A stretch of 64,000 nt of DNA from the human T2T-CHM13v2.0 reference genome, Homo sapiens, in NCBI RefSeq assembly GCF_009914755.1, contig NC_060933.1, one strand, 5' to 3'. A program made the position numbers and the translations under genes. This document shows, piece by piece, positions 43,271-57,075 of this stretch (its first letter is position 1; every line of letters begins with the position of its first letter). The notes beneath the pieces were generated by a model. It saw only the letters and a program-made list of their open reading frames with translations, did no database searches and had not been told where the DNA came from.

Positions 43271-45999
43271 GGTTGGCTATGGGGCCACATGTGGCCACAC
43301 TGGTCTGGCAATTCATCCATGAAGGCATCCAGAAGAATCTTTTATCTGGGAAGCTGGTAGATGAACAGTAGCCATCCCCACTTATTGAGCACTATTTATA
43401 TATGCCAGCTATTGAATAAAAACCAACGTGTGTAATCCCACTGAGTCTTCAGGGGTGTGTTTGGGAGAGGGCACTGGGTCTTTGAGTCTTGCTTCTCTTG
43501 GATGCATTCTGCTCACCCTTCCTGTAAGCTTACAGGAGCCTGTTCTACCTGAGGAAGAAATTTCTATGGTTGTGCAGTGCTGTATATAGCTGGAAAAAAA
43601 AAAAACTGGATTAGGAGACACATCCATGCTGTGTGTCCATGTTACATTCTCAAAATGGTTTTAAAGGAATAAAGGTAATTTTCTGATCTCCATATCTGTG
43701 ACTCAGATGTCTCTTTCTCAGCTGGTTCTGAATTCAAGCAACAAAGAGGACTGTTGCCTGCTACCCAGGTCAAACCTCAACAGATGAGGAAATTGAAGCT
43801 CAGAAGGGTCCCTTGCCAAGGCCATGCACGCAGTTAGGACACAGGCATTCTGGAGCTCAAATGGAGAACCCTGATGCTATAGTGTCTCCTACTAATTCTA
43901 GAACGAGACAGCCTTAAAATAGGGATCATCATGAATCAGCAAAGGTCAAACTCTGGCTTATTATAATGCTAGATGGTTTTACTATAATATAGAAGTTCCT
44001 TTTAGTTTGATTTGATTTGATTTTAGGGGAAGAAAAGAACTCACTTTCCACACACAGCTTTATGGGAATAAGATATTTGCCCAAAATCCTACATAAAGAT
44101 GTAACAAAAATCAGGATCTAAATCTAGATTTGTCTGATTCTAAAATCTGTGTTTATTCCACCGTAAATAACATGATTCCCCATATCTTATACATTGAATA
44201 AACATTTGTTGCAACTAACAGAAACTGACAGAAGAAACAATTTTATCCATAATCCCACTACCCTAACAAATCAATCATGTTTATTCATCCACATTCCTCT
44301 TCAATCTTGTGCGTAGGCAGGCAGTTGTGGAGTTTATGTAGTCATAGCCATAGAGCTCCCCTAAAGTTCTATGTCAAATTCAGGGCTAAAACCTAAATAA
44401 CTGCATAAAATTATCATTCTATTATACTTTACTTAAACGTGTTCTTTGTGCTGTACTGTAAGTGCACTTCTGATATTGCACTCTTATAAATAACAACAAA
44501 TATCTTCAAACAAATAACTTTGTTTTCTTTGTGATAAGTTCCTAAACATCAATCAAACTGGTGGGTTTTCCAGGTTAGATTCCAGGTTAACTTGGACAAA
44601 GTAGAAATTGAATCGACATGAGCATTAAACATCTCCCGAAAACCTCATCACTACTCTCCCGTCCCACTGCAAAAGATGCAGAGAAAGCAAGCAAGGGATG
44701 CACATCAGCCTATGAATAGACCACTCAAACATGTTTAAACAAAAAAGAAGTATAGAATATTTAACAGGAGCAAAGAGCAAAGATTACAGAGATTTGGAGC
44801 CCTTGAATAAATATGAAAGATACATGTCCCCACTCCACTCCTGGCTGCATCAAGCATGAAAAATAATCAGACAGACACAGAATTCAAAAGTCAGAAAACT
44901 TCCTCTTTGTAGTAGCATGATATGACAGGTAAGGAAGAAACATATACTACCTTTACTTGAGGAGAGAAGAAAAGTATAGTTACTCCCTAAAAATGGGAAT
45001 CAGCAAATCTATGAGCTGTCCAAAAGATGGAGTCGTGAGATGTTAGAGGCTGAAGAGAACTTTGATAACCTAGCCCACACCCTTCACTACAAAGACAAGC
45101 AAATCAAAGAGCAAAAACCAACCTCTAGTCACTAAGCATCCCAGGCAGAGTCCCTCTGGATCACTGTCTAATTTTCCTTTCAATAAGCTATGTTGCCATT
45201 ACTTAAAATAAAATAGAGCCTAGCAAAAATCTACCATGGACAGACTTGAGGCATCCTAACCTCTACTTATAGGTTAGGCAAGGTGTCACATCAGAGACGG
45301 ACAACATTTATTACCAATCCGTGAACTCTGGACATCCCCAAAGAGCATTTCTAGGAAATTGGCTTCCTCTTTCCCTTGGGACAGTTGGACATCTTAGCTG
45401 CTCCCCAGCCCCTGCAATGTCCATGTTCCAGGAGCCTTGATAGGTTAAGATGAGGCCCAATGTCCTGCAGGTGGCATTTCCCATCAGTACCCATCGGTGT
45501 GTCCGCCCTAGTTGTTGGCTCCTGTTCATTCTGTTTAGACTGCTACCCATTATGATCAGCCAACCAGGCTGTAACAGTTGTTAAATATTTTGAATGTCAC
45601 CCCTGGCATTTGCCAAAGTTTTCTTATGGAGTACCGGATTCACAAGATTGTCATAAAACAAAGAAAAATAAGCTTGCAAACGGATGAATCATCTAGGCTC
45701 TGAGAAGTCCTGCAAGAAAGATTTTGTTTACCTGTGTTTAACTCAATATATGCCAAAAGTATTGAATCACATATGAAAAGTCCTCCCTACCCTTCTCCCT
45801 TTTTTCAGTTTCAAGAAATACTGTACCTACTACCATGCTGTGGAACTAGTGTTCTGGGAAACATCATCTTCGAAAGGAAATGGACTTCTACTAACCACAT
45901 TGTTTCTGTGTCTGAAAGTTCCATCTTCCTATAGACAAAGATGCTGATGAAGATTGGCTTTAAAAGGAACATTGGAAAGTGCCCATATTTGGTAAACAG

Positions 46000-46205
46000 A
46001 TGGATTTATATTGAAACTCTGGTTTCTCCACTTGACCTTCCACAAATTATTTAAATGGTCATATGCTCAGTTTCTTCATCTGGAAGACAGGTTTAGCGTT
46101 ACCTCCTTTGCAGGATTGCTGTGAGGATTCTAGAGGTAAAAGATGTAAAATGTTTTATCACAGTGCCTGGCAGATGGCAAACACTCAAGAAGAGTTAGCT
46201 GTTAG
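46000..46205 (+). mobile_element. MIR
   Basis: CTCAGTTTCTTCATCTGGAA..GTGAGGATT..CACAGTGCCTGGCA. Confidence 0.75.
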
Positions 46206-46467
46206 CATCCAGTATTACAGGAACCCTGAGGACCATACAAGGTGACCTTAAGGCTACCTGTTCTCATGGACATCACAGTCTGGTTAGACAGACAACATAG
46301 ACCTGTGGAACTATAGCCACCATCGAAGAAAAGACTAAACTGAGGCTGGAGGAAAACAATGGCATTGGAATGGTTGGAAGTCGCTTCATAAAATTGGTGT
46401 GATTGGTTGAGCCCTGACACAAAGACATTTACTTCCTTCTATCCTTTTAAAAATAATGGCCTCCTGT

Positions 46468-46690
46468 TGAATGGTAGTTGCCAAGAACTAGGGGGAAGTA
46501 CAGTAGAAAGTTATTGTTTAATGGCTACGGAATTTTAGTTTGGGAAGATGAAAAAAACTTCTGGAGATGGATGATGGTATTGATTACATAACATTGTGAA
46601 TGCATGTAATGCCACTCAATTGTATTCTTAAAAATGGTTAAAATGATCAATTTTCTGAAGTGTGCTATACCACAGTTTAAAAAAATTAAA
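46468..46690 (+). mobile_element. L1MB-type 3' end
   Basis: GAATGGTAGTTGCCA..GAAGATGAAAAA..TTCTGGAGATGGATG..TTAAAAATGGTTAAAATG plus A-tail. Confidence 0.85.
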
Positions 46691-48819
46691 TAATAATTAC
46701 CTTGTTATCAAAAGGGGCTAATTAGCTCACTCCCTTCACTCCATACAAATTTATATCATTGGTTTAAGACTACATCTCCCAGAACATGCTGGTCCCTTTT
46801 CAGCTTAGGTGTTCCATTTCTTCTTCCTTCTAGGGTTTCTCTTCTTTACCAGCCAAGCCTCCAGATGGTATTTCAGTCACTCAGCCAAACACCTTCATTG
46901 CAGTCTTTTCCCCCTTCTCCCCCAGTTCACTTAAAAATAAATTGTCTTTTTTCGTAACTCCAGACAGAACATGAAGCACTCTCTCTCTCTCTCTTTTACG
47001 CTGCCACTGAATTCTAAGTACACAATTATGCAGGGAATGTCTTTAGATTCACCAGCTTGAGAACTTTTAAACATTAAGCTCTGAATCAGATAACAGCTTT
47101 CATCTCAAGAACAGCTTTGCACTGTACCTAAGTAAAAGCTTAACTTATGTATAAAAAAAATTGTTACTAGGGGTATAAAAATGTCAAGGTAATAAAATAA
47201 GTGAATGCAAAACCCTCCCAAATAAAACATGGCACAAAAAAATTTAAAAGAATGTTTCCAAGGCAGCTGATGGCTTATTTGGCTTATTAGTTTCTGCTGC
47301 CCACCTTTGCATGTGCTGCTTCAAAATAAAATTTCAAATGGCCCAAGTATACTTCTGTCCTCTTCCTCGTCTACCTATTAATAAGACTTCACCGTGTAAA
47401 ACAAGCTAGACAATTACTATGCCCTAGTTGGCTGTGGTTAAGACTTAATTGGACGGCTGTGTTCAATTCTAAGCATCATGTTTCCAGAAAGAAAAGAAAA
47501 AAGTGATAAATTGGATGTAGTTCAAAGGAAAACAAGACAGCGGATGAAAGTGGCTTGGAAAATAAGACCCAGTTGGGAATGTTAAGGTAATTCTGTGCAT
47601 TTTCAGCTCAGCAAAAAGATGGCTGAGAGATAATGGAAAACTTCTGATGAGTCAATTCCAGTTTAGTCTCCCAGGTCATCACCACAGGGAGGAAAAAAAG
47701 AAGGGAGAGAGTCTTCTGTAGTTCTTTGTCTGCAGCTCACCATACTGGCTCTGGCCTGTAGTAGGTGTTCAGTAAAAACACTCTTGTTGAATGCCCCCTG
47801 AAGAAAAAAAAATCTGAAATGAGATTATAAACTTGCTCATGCAGATGCTTACAAATTTCTTTTTCTAAAAAAGGTTGAATCATTGGGTTTGATCTCCAGC
47901 AAGAATAACTTGGCAATGGTAAAATCAATTTCCTCATTAGGCCAGCTGTGAATTAAGTAACTTACCCTAAGGCTCCTGTCAACCCTGCTAACTCTTGATT
48001 CTTTGTACTTTTTAGCCATATGAATCATGTCATTCAAAAATTCGTGACTCCCTAGGCCCTCAAGGTAAATCAAAGTCTGGTGGTATACTAGCATCCACAT
48101 TCTAGCCCAAACATGCCTTTCTAATAGATTTACCTCTTCCCTTTCCAAGTCCACCAGCCAGACTTGTCTATACACTGTGCTCTCTACCTTTTTTCCAGCA
48201 GTCAATATCTCAGACAAATCCCCATTTAAATCTCAGGACCACCACCTACTATCTATGTGACCTTGAACTAATTGCTTACCTACTCTGAACCTTGTCCTAT
48301 CATGTGCAAAGTAAGGATAGCAATAGTTCCTATGAGTTTTAAATAAGACCGTGCATGTAAAGTCCTCAGCGCCTTGCCTGACACATGATAATCCTTCCCA
48401 TCTTCCTGTCTTTGATGATGCTATGTTCCTTTTCTAGAATGTCCTGCATGTTTTTCACCAGTTCATCAAATTCTGCCCATTGAAGTGAGTGCCAACTCAA
48501 TTCTAATTGTATTTGCAAAGTTCTCCTTGAATGCAGTAGTCTACAATTATTCTACCCAAGTTCTGAGTATGTAACATCTTCTGGGCTGCCTCATTGGACA
48601 CTGGATCACATTCCCCACTGAAACATCTGCTGCCCTCTCTCTAACTTGTCCCTTGGGCTCAGCTCCATGCACAATAGGAAAAGGCATAATAGAGTTCCAA
48701 CCCTCAGGAGGAAGGAACAAGAGGCAGTGTTTATATACATTTACAGAGCACTACCATGTACCAGCTACTCCACCAGGCACTTCCATGCATCATTTTCCTT
48801 TTAATCAAAAAGCTAACAG

Positions 48820-48997
48820 CAGTGGGCTCTGAACTATGATGCAGCACATTAGAATAGCCAAGAGAGAATGTTAAATATATGGCTGTTCCAGGGCCTAGCC
48901 CTGACCTATTTAAACAGAATTTCTGTTTGTGGGTTTGTAGTATTTAATATAAACTCAGCAGGTGATGCTCATGAGCACCCAAGATTGAGAACTTGTG
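48820..48997. mobile_element. MER5A/B (hAT-Charlie MITE)
   Basis: CAGTGG..CACATTAGAAT..CAGGTGATGCTCATG..TTGAGAAC, about 180 bp. Confidence 0.65.
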
Positions 48998-49162
48998 ACT
49001 TGCAATTTAGTTATGGAAAACACACACACGTAAACACATCCTCAATAATGTATTCTTGTAATACTAAGCAGTTTCATAACATTCACCTACCCACATGCTC
49101 ATCTATTTTTTCACTCATTCATTCACCCAATACACATTTCAATGCCTTACATGAACAAAATA

Positions 49163-49504
49163 CAAACAGTTCTCAACTTGAGATGATTCGACTTACAATT
49201 TTTCAACTTGGTACGAAAATGATACTCAGTTGAAACCATATTTTAAGTATCCATACAACCATTCTGTTTTTTACTTTCAGGACTGAATTCAATAAAGCAC
49301 ATGAGATATTCAACACTCTATTATAAAAATACATTGTGTTAAATGACTTTGCCGAACTGTAGGCTGATGTATCTGTTCTGGGCACATTTAAAGTAGGCTA
49401 GGCTAAACCATAATGTTTAGTTGGTTAGGTGTATTAAATGCTTGTCTGACTTAATATTTTCGATTTATGATGGGCTTATCTTGACATAAGCCAAGAAGTA
49501 TCTG
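49163..49504 (-). mobile_element. MER47A (Tigger-family MITE)
   Basis: GTAGGCTAGGCTAA..GGTTAGGTGTATTAAATGC and CATGAGATATTCAACACT blocks; TA on both flanks. Confidence 0.85.
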
Positions 49505-50607
49505 TATTGCTAGGGGCAGAGAAAGACATGAAGACAAATCAGATGCAGATTCTGCCCCTTGAGGGACTTAAATATCAGTAGGAGAGAACAATTTTATATA
49601 CTAACCTATGACACAGCTAGGGAATGACCAGCTGCCATGAGGTATCTTCCAGCGGGGGGATTACGTGAGGCAACAGAGAAAGGCATTAGGATAGGAAAGA
49701 TTTGAATACACGGCAAAAGAAGGAACCATGTTCTAGGCAGGAAGAACTTGACTGAGCAAAGGCAAGGAGGTGAGAAAGCACTAGGTAATCACCAGGAATG
49801 ACAGGGCTGGAAAGTCCTAGCTGAGTTCCTCATCCTACACCTGTGCAAAAATGATGAAAACATTCTTTACTCACAGCTATCAGCTTCCCCCACGAAACCC
49901 TGAGCTTATGCCTCTGTGGTTCTTAAGGACCAGACTCAGAACTTAAGCACACTCTGTCATCTCATCTTCCTAGTGTCAGTCCCTCTGAGGGACTTAGAGT
50001 GACTAAGCGAGCCCTTTGGGAGACTTTTTTCCTTCCATTTGAGCATCCCTGTGGCCTCGTTCCCTGACCAAGACATCCATTTACTGGCTGTTACACTCAG
50101 CAGGTGGGAAAACACATGGTCTCCCTGGGGCACTGGCATTTTGAAAAGCCTCTGCAGGAAACCCGGTAAAAATGGCTTTCCAAGAGGCTGGAAAAGGCAC
50201 AGAAGGAGTGGGACATTTGAAGACATGAGGTCATCCTGAGCAGTTAGTGCGGCTTCTAAAAGCAGGACATCTTAGAGGTGGCCTGGAGTACTAGAATGTA
50301 TCACAAGTTTTGATTCTGGCCACAAACTCTGCTTATTACTAGAGTAACCTCTGGTGAACTTCTTCCCTTTCAGTGGCTCTTAGCTTCCCGTCTTCAAAGT
50401 GAAGAATATGAATTAGATAATATTTCATGATTTTTATTATAAAAGCTTTCATTTATTGAGGATCCATATGTAACCATCATTTTATTTAGTCCTCACAACA
50501 ATCAGATGAGAAAAATAATGGTATTATATCCATTTTACAGAAGAGAAAACTGAGGTTGGGAGGCTAGGTCCAGTACCCCAGAGCTGTAACTGGAACCCAC
50601 ACCAAAA

Positions 50608-50918
50608 TAGTGTTTTACAAACTGCAGGCTGTAAAAACAATGTGGTGGGTTGCAACTAGCACATTTTTTAATGGAAAGCAATGAAATGGAATAAACTGAA
50701 ATTGATTAGAATAGAAAAATAAGAGCAAATCACACAAAATTAAGAGTCAGTATTGTTTTGTGAACTTTTGTTGTAGTTGCATACACATGCATATATGTTT
50801 TACACATATATTTTAATTATATGCATATATGCATATATACTTATGGCTGCACTGGGTCACAATATAAAATGTACATCTTTCTGGAAGTTGTGGTCAAAAA
50901 CATTTGAAAACATTACTG
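50608..50918 (+). mobile_element. MER103C-like hAT element
   Basis: AGTGTTTTACAAACTGCAGG..AGTATTGTTTTGTGAACTTTTGTT..CTGGGTCACAATATAAAATGTA..GGTCAAAAACATTTGAAAAC. Confidence 0.75.
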
Positions 50919-51322
50919 TAAGCCACTGAGCATAGCCCTTCCCTGGATGACTTCTACAGAACTGTTTCCACCTTTTAGATCTAATGGTTTGTGAATATAA
51001 AACTTTGGAGGAGGCACATGGCTGTGATTATTCTGACGCTGAATGTGTCCATTGAGGAATTACCAAGGAAAACGCCAAGCATGGGACCTTGTCACCTGGG
51101 TAAACTCCTTCTCATTCTATGGGAGACATGTGGTTCCAGTCTGGGCCCTGGAAGACCTGTGTCTGGTGGTGAAGCTGCAGCATAGGGTGCTACTGCTGGA
51201 ATCCTGCTAGAAGAGATGGGTCCCCTGGGATCTCCAATCCAGCTGGAGAACTGAATTGCCATCTGGTAAATCACAAGACAATTTTTGTTCTTGCCAGACG
51301 CACCCTATCAGCATGGAAGATA

Positions 51323-51445
51323 CAGACAGTCTTCAACACATAAACAGGTTATGCTGCCAAAAGTGCCTTCGTAACTCAGATGTTTGGAGTTTGGAACACA
51401 TCATCCCATAGAAACAAGGATATAAATGGAGGTTAGGTTTCCATG
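51323..51445 (+). mobile_element. Old Tigger end (Tigger15/16-like)
   Basis: TA-CAGACAGTC..TTTGGAAC..CCCATAGAAACAA..TATAAATGGAGGTTAGGTTTCCA. Confidence 0.55.
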
Positions 51446-51548
51446 TTTTAAAACTCAGAGGGTGTGTGACATGATGTATATTTTGTGTGGTGAACTGGGT
51501 AAGAACACATTTGCTAGCTGTGGGAACTTGTGTTTAAGTTCCTTATGC

Positions 51549-53971
51549 TTCATGAGTCCTACTTTATTTTCAAAGGGGATCACTAAGAGCTGCCTTTTTG
51601 TAGCAATGTAGGGGTCATTGTGTCATATGTGTGCAGGGCATCTAATACTAGGTCACTGTGTCTCTTGTTATCATTACAACATTGTGACAGAGAAACCACT
51701 TGTGACCTTGACCAAGCATGTAAGTGCTCTGAGACTCAGTTTCCACCTGGGTGAAAAAAATGACAACATTCACCTCACAGGGTTATTAGAAACACAAATG
51801 AGATCATGTACACACAACACTTAGTACAAAGTCTAACACAAGAAGAGTGTTTAACAAAAAGTGGGGACGTCTTTGCCTTCTCAGAAATGCCTGGCCATAT
51901 CTGCATACAATTCTGGATTGATCTAAATCAATCATTATTAATAATCCTATGCACCAGAAAAATTAAAATTGGTAAGTTCTATGGCCTGAATGTTTTTAGC
52001 CTCTCAAACTTCAGATGTTTAAACATAATCACCAATGTGATAGTATTAGGATGTGGGGCTCTTGTTAAGTAATGGGGCCATGAGGGCAAAGCCCTCATGA
52101 ATGAGGTTAGTGCCCTTATTAAAACAACTCCAGAAAGCTAGATCACCCCTTTGTCCATGTGAGAACATAGTGAGGACGTGCCATCTATGCACCAGAAAGC
52201 AGGACCTCACTAGACACTTATCTGCTAGCAACTTAATCTTGGATTCCCCAGCCTCCAGAACTGTGATAAATAAATTTCTGTTGTTTATAAGCTACCCGGT
52301 TTATGATATTTAGTTACAGCAGCCCAAACGGACTAAGACAAGAATTTAGCCAATGCCTCTTTGTGTTCAATCCCATGCTTGGCTTCGTGTGACATAAATG
52401 AGAGGTACATGCTGAGGTCTCTCAAGCTAAGAATGTGATATGGAAATGTTGCATAAGTGCGCATTGAAATGGGATCAGAAAACACTCCAAAGATGATAAA
52501 GAAGGCAGAGAAAAAGAGGGTCAGGGGCATGTTTCAGGTTGATCATGCAGCTCACTGGTCCAGCTGAATTGCATACCTACCAGAGAGATGGTGATACAAA
52601 AGTGGGCATGATAACATTTATCCTTCACCCATCGTTAATAGTCCCCAGGGAAAACCTCGGGCCAGATGCTCAGCAGAGGAAGTGTCCTTGAATTTTGAAA
52701 AGGAGGAAGAGACCAATGGCCATGATAACAAAGTTCCACGTAAGGTCTCACGTTTCACAAAATCTTTACAATACTCAAGATGATCTCTCTGGGGAAGGTG
52801 AAAGGAATTATAATTACATCTGTGAAGAAGGCTTGAGAAGGGAAAAAAAATCCTGCCATATGGTGTGTGGAAAATGTTTTGGAACTGAATAAAAAATATG
52901 GCGGGTGTTTTTCTCCTCCCATTTTTGTTTATACATCTACGTTATGCAGGCTGACTGGGGAACACGGATAAGTTTTTCTTTCAGAATAGAAATGCACTGG
53001 GTAATTTAATTTTATGACCATTAATAATATGGGTCTCTCCCGGCAAGCAAAGACATTTACAAACTTATAATCAGATTTTGTGATTTAGGTGTAAACCAAT
53101 CATCCACAAGAGGCTGGGAGATATTTCCATCCCGCTTTCCCATTGCAGTGGGATTTCATGAAATGCAAAAAGGAGATATAGTAAAAGGTTCAGGATCCCA
53201 GAAGGAAGGAGGGAGAGAGCCACTGGTTTCGATGGACAGTCCATCCTATGAAAAGAATTTTAAATGGTCAAGAGACAGGCATTCATAGGTATTAACCATC
53301 AAGTGTGTTCTAGACTCTGTCCAAATGGGATCTTGTCGAATGTTCCTATCAACTCTGTGCTGCAGACATTGACATGCCCATTTATCAGATGAGGAAGTGG
53401 AGGTCACAGAAGTGAAGGGAAGTTGTTGCTCCTACTCACACAGCTACCCAGTAACAAAGTTCAGATCTGACTCATCACCTGCCTAACCTCTGCCTTTTAC
53501 TCTTACCACCTTACTTATCTGTCATAAACACATTCTACACAAGGAATACAATTTAGAAAGAAGATTAATAGGTAAGCGTTTATACTGCAAGACAAATTGA
53601 GTCAAGCATTATAAAGGAGATACTAGAATCATCCAATAAGACTGTAAATAAAGGTTTTTTAAAAAAATATTATTAATGATTGATATTAAGGTCTTGGTGT
53701 ACCAAGTGTTTTATAATGCATTACCTTACTAAATCCTCACAGCAATCTAATGAGAGGAACACTGTTGTTTAATTCTGTTTAAAGGTGAGAAAACCAAGAT
53801 TTAGAGAAGTTAAGCTAATTAACCACACTCACAAAGGCAGTAAATAACAGTGCTAAGTTTCATAAATTCTAGTTCATTTTCAAAGGGGGTCACTAAGAAC
53901 TGCCTTTTTGTAGCAGTGTCGGGGTCACTGTGTCATATGTGTGCAGGTGTTCCAATACTAGCTCACCATAT
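51549..53971 (+). repeat. Dispersed direct repeat of ~110 bp (51549-51661 and 53859-53971)
   Basis: Ungapped alignment at offset 2310; 92/110 matches by manual count. Confidence 0.95.
51976..52340 (+). mobile_element. MLT1A0/MSTD-like MaLR LTR
   Basis: CTATGGCCTGAATG..GCCCTCATGAATGAG..CCAGCCTCCAGAACTGTGATAAATAAATTTCTGTTGTTTATAAGC..GGACTAAGACA. Confidence 0.9.
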
Positions 53972-53972
53972 T

Positions 53973-54236
53973 GTTTCATTCTGTCACCCAAGCTGGAAAG
54001 CAATCATGGCTCACTGCAGCCTTGATTTCCCAGGCTCAAGCAATCCACATCAGCTTCCCAAGCCACTGGGACCACAGGTGTGCACCACCATGCCCACCTA
54101 TTTTTTTAAATTTTTTTGTAGAGACGAGGTCTTGCTATGTAGTCCAAATTGGTCTTATACTCCTGGACTCAAGCGGTCCTCCCATCTCAGCCTCCCAAAG
54201 TGCTGAGATTACAGGCATGAGCCACTGTACCCAGCT
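53973..54236 (-). mobile_element. AluJ lacking its polyA tail, inside a MIR
   Basis: J-type CATGGCTCACTGCAGCCTTG..GGCTCAAGCAATCC; 3' end abuts duplicated local sequence. Confidence 0.92.
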
Positions 54237-57075
54237 AGTACTAGGTTTTGAAGCCACATCTGTTTCACTCCAGAGCTCATCTTTTTAGTATCTCATTGTG
54301 TCACTACAGAGGAGTGAATGATATTAGAGAGATAATTTGAAATCCATTTTTTTGCACAGAATAGTTAAAAGGTCTCAGGAAACATGGACATTCTCAAGAT
54401 TATTGAGAAACCCAGTTTGGCTGGATTGTAGGGGGCCACGTTGAGGAGATTAATTCATTCAACAAGACTTTACAGGGCATCTTTCATGTACTACACATCA
54501 TCCTATATCTGGGGATACAGGAATGGATAAGATGCAGTCATTGCCCTGGCATGTCTGATATTCAAGTGGCAGTTAGATTGTAAGTTCCATGAGGATAGAG
54601 ACTTGGGACATAGTATGAGCTCAATAAATATCTGTGAAACAAATGTCAATGTGAAAGACATTCTACTGTGTATCAGACATTGTCATAGGTGCCAGGATGG
54701 TGCAGTAAATAAAACAACAAAAATACTTGTCCTGTTAGAGGTTGTGTTCTAGTGAAAATAAAGTAAAATAGAAGGATAGGGAGTTATTGTTGCGGGGGAA
54801 GTTAAATAGAATTGTCAAAACAGACCTCACTGTGGTGCTTTGAGTAAAGAATTAATGACAAAACTTGAAAGATAAGTTACAAAATGAATATGGTATCTTT
54901 GTGAACAATGGTAAACCAATGAAAGTCATGCTTTGGGGGTCAGCAGAGATAGAAAATGCAGTGGAAGTGTGTGAGTTCAAATAGAATATTTTTGCTAGAA
55001 CTAAGATTATCAAGAGTTTCAAGATAACTGACCTTGGATTTTTAGTTCTGTGGGCAGAGTGAATCATGGGGAAAAGGAGGAGGCTGCCCTGTCCCTATCC
55101 TTCTCTTTTCAGACTAGGCAGATGCAAGCCATATGATTTGTTCATGCTTGTCTGAACATAGATGCTATCCCTAACCTGGGTCCCAGTGACTGATCCTAAG
55201 CCGGCCACAGGGACTCTTTCTGTGCCTTGGGAGATGATCATGAGAACCTAGAAAGGGAAAAAGAGTCCCCTTCCCTGGCATAATTGGAGCCCCACTGGTG
55301 ATGAGCAAAGACCCTACCTTGGAAAGAAGGCCAAGACTTTTAGCAAAGTCAGTGCAAAGCCAAGGAGACTAGCATGAGGACCTATGACCCTCATTCTGGT
55401 GCACCATCTTATTCCTCTTTTGCATATTTTCTTTGCCATACTCTGCCTGATGTCCTGTATGTTCCAATTTATTATCTTATCATCTAATTTCCTCAAATAT
55501 ATATTCATTCTCCCTAACTAGAGTTTATCTATGATACTTAGAGCAAAGACCCTTGCTCAAAGGGTTTCCTTTTCCTGGAGAACACTTCTCCACCTTCGTC
55601 TGAAAAAAAAAAAAATCTTTATCATCTTTTAAGATATGCTTCAAGCCATCTACTCTAAAAATCCTACCTGGATTAACAGTCTTCCAAGGCAGGGCTTTGT
55701 ACCATCAGATTTATGTAATTTTATAAATCCATGTTCAGCATGGAGCAAATTATGATGCTTACATGTTTATCTATGTGTCTCACAATGACCCGACTCCCCC
55801 ATCATGAACTTACTGCAGGCAGGGATCCTGTATTTTTCAGCTCAGTAACTGAAGACTCTACTATATCGATCCTAGAGCATTAACAGGCCCATCAGGTATT
55901 TTAAAAGTTTAACTAAATTGAGGAAAGAGCATGGCTGTTACAGTCATTGTCCTCTCAGCACCCAACATGGGCATGACACAGTCCTTAGACATGAGCTGAC
56001 CCAGGGTTGTGGTCTTTGGGTGCTGTGCTCTGAGATCCCTGGCACTCAACCCTTGGCTGCTCTGCTGGGCTCCCATTTGCCAACCACGATCCAAAAAGAA
56101 GAAAGACATGAATGTAGACTGAAGCCAGACCTGACCATAGAACCCCAGTATGTCAGAGAGGACATGGCTCTCAGAGTTTGGAGGACCAGCATCTTAAGCA
56201 CGTGGTCATAGACCCTATTCAGTCCATAGAAACCTTCCATTTGTTCTTCATAAGGTTAAAAGAATTGTTTCATTCCGTTGTCAGTATTTAAAAATTGATA
56301 TTTTTTTCACATAAAACTCCAGATTTCTATTTTCTTTTGAAAAAGCAGATCTAGCAACACTTTGCCTATACACCCACCCATATGTTTCTAGCCTGAGACT
56401 GCAGGCATTTTGTGTTTATAACCCTACATGAATTAAGTATATACTTTATACGTTATTATTTATTTATTATTTATGCATTTGGGAAACAAGTAGTTTGTTA
56501 GATGGTCCTTGTTTTTCCTAGAGAATTCCCCTGAGTCATTGATTTTCTAACACTTTATATATTTCTGAGTACAGGAAATTCTAAGAGCAGGAAGGAGAAA
56601 GTTCCAAAAAAATTTTTTCCAGCTCCTTTCAGCCTTCCATCTAGAAACCTCAGACATTTTGTGGCAATTGTGCTGACATTTTTGGGGAAAATCTCATAAC
56701 TTCCTTGCTCGTAGGAACCTAGTCCAGATCAAAGAAAGTGCTTACATATCCCCAAATAGAGGAACTTAGTCCAGATCTTAGAGTTCTAGGCTCAGCTCTC
56801 CCCCTAACCTCCCAGGAGTGACTGGGCAAGTTTATTAACCTTCAAGCCTTAGGTGGGAAAATGAGGCCATGATAAGGGGTCTGCCTTTTATCCTAAGTGT
56901 GACAGGAGGCTGTTGAGGATCTTCAGCACAAAAGGGACATTAGCAAGTTTCAATTTTAAATGATTCCTCTGGCTGCTGTATGGAGAATAGATTTCGTAGG
57001 TTGGGGTGGGCAGAGTGGGAAGAGAGAGACCAGTCTGGAGTTAGCTGAAGTTCTCTAGGCAAGAGAGAATGGTGG

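Noticed and set aside
45560-45606. Possible hAT terminal fragment (GTTGTTAAATATTTTGAATGTCACCCCTG)
   Set aside because: Too short for me to assign a family or boundaries
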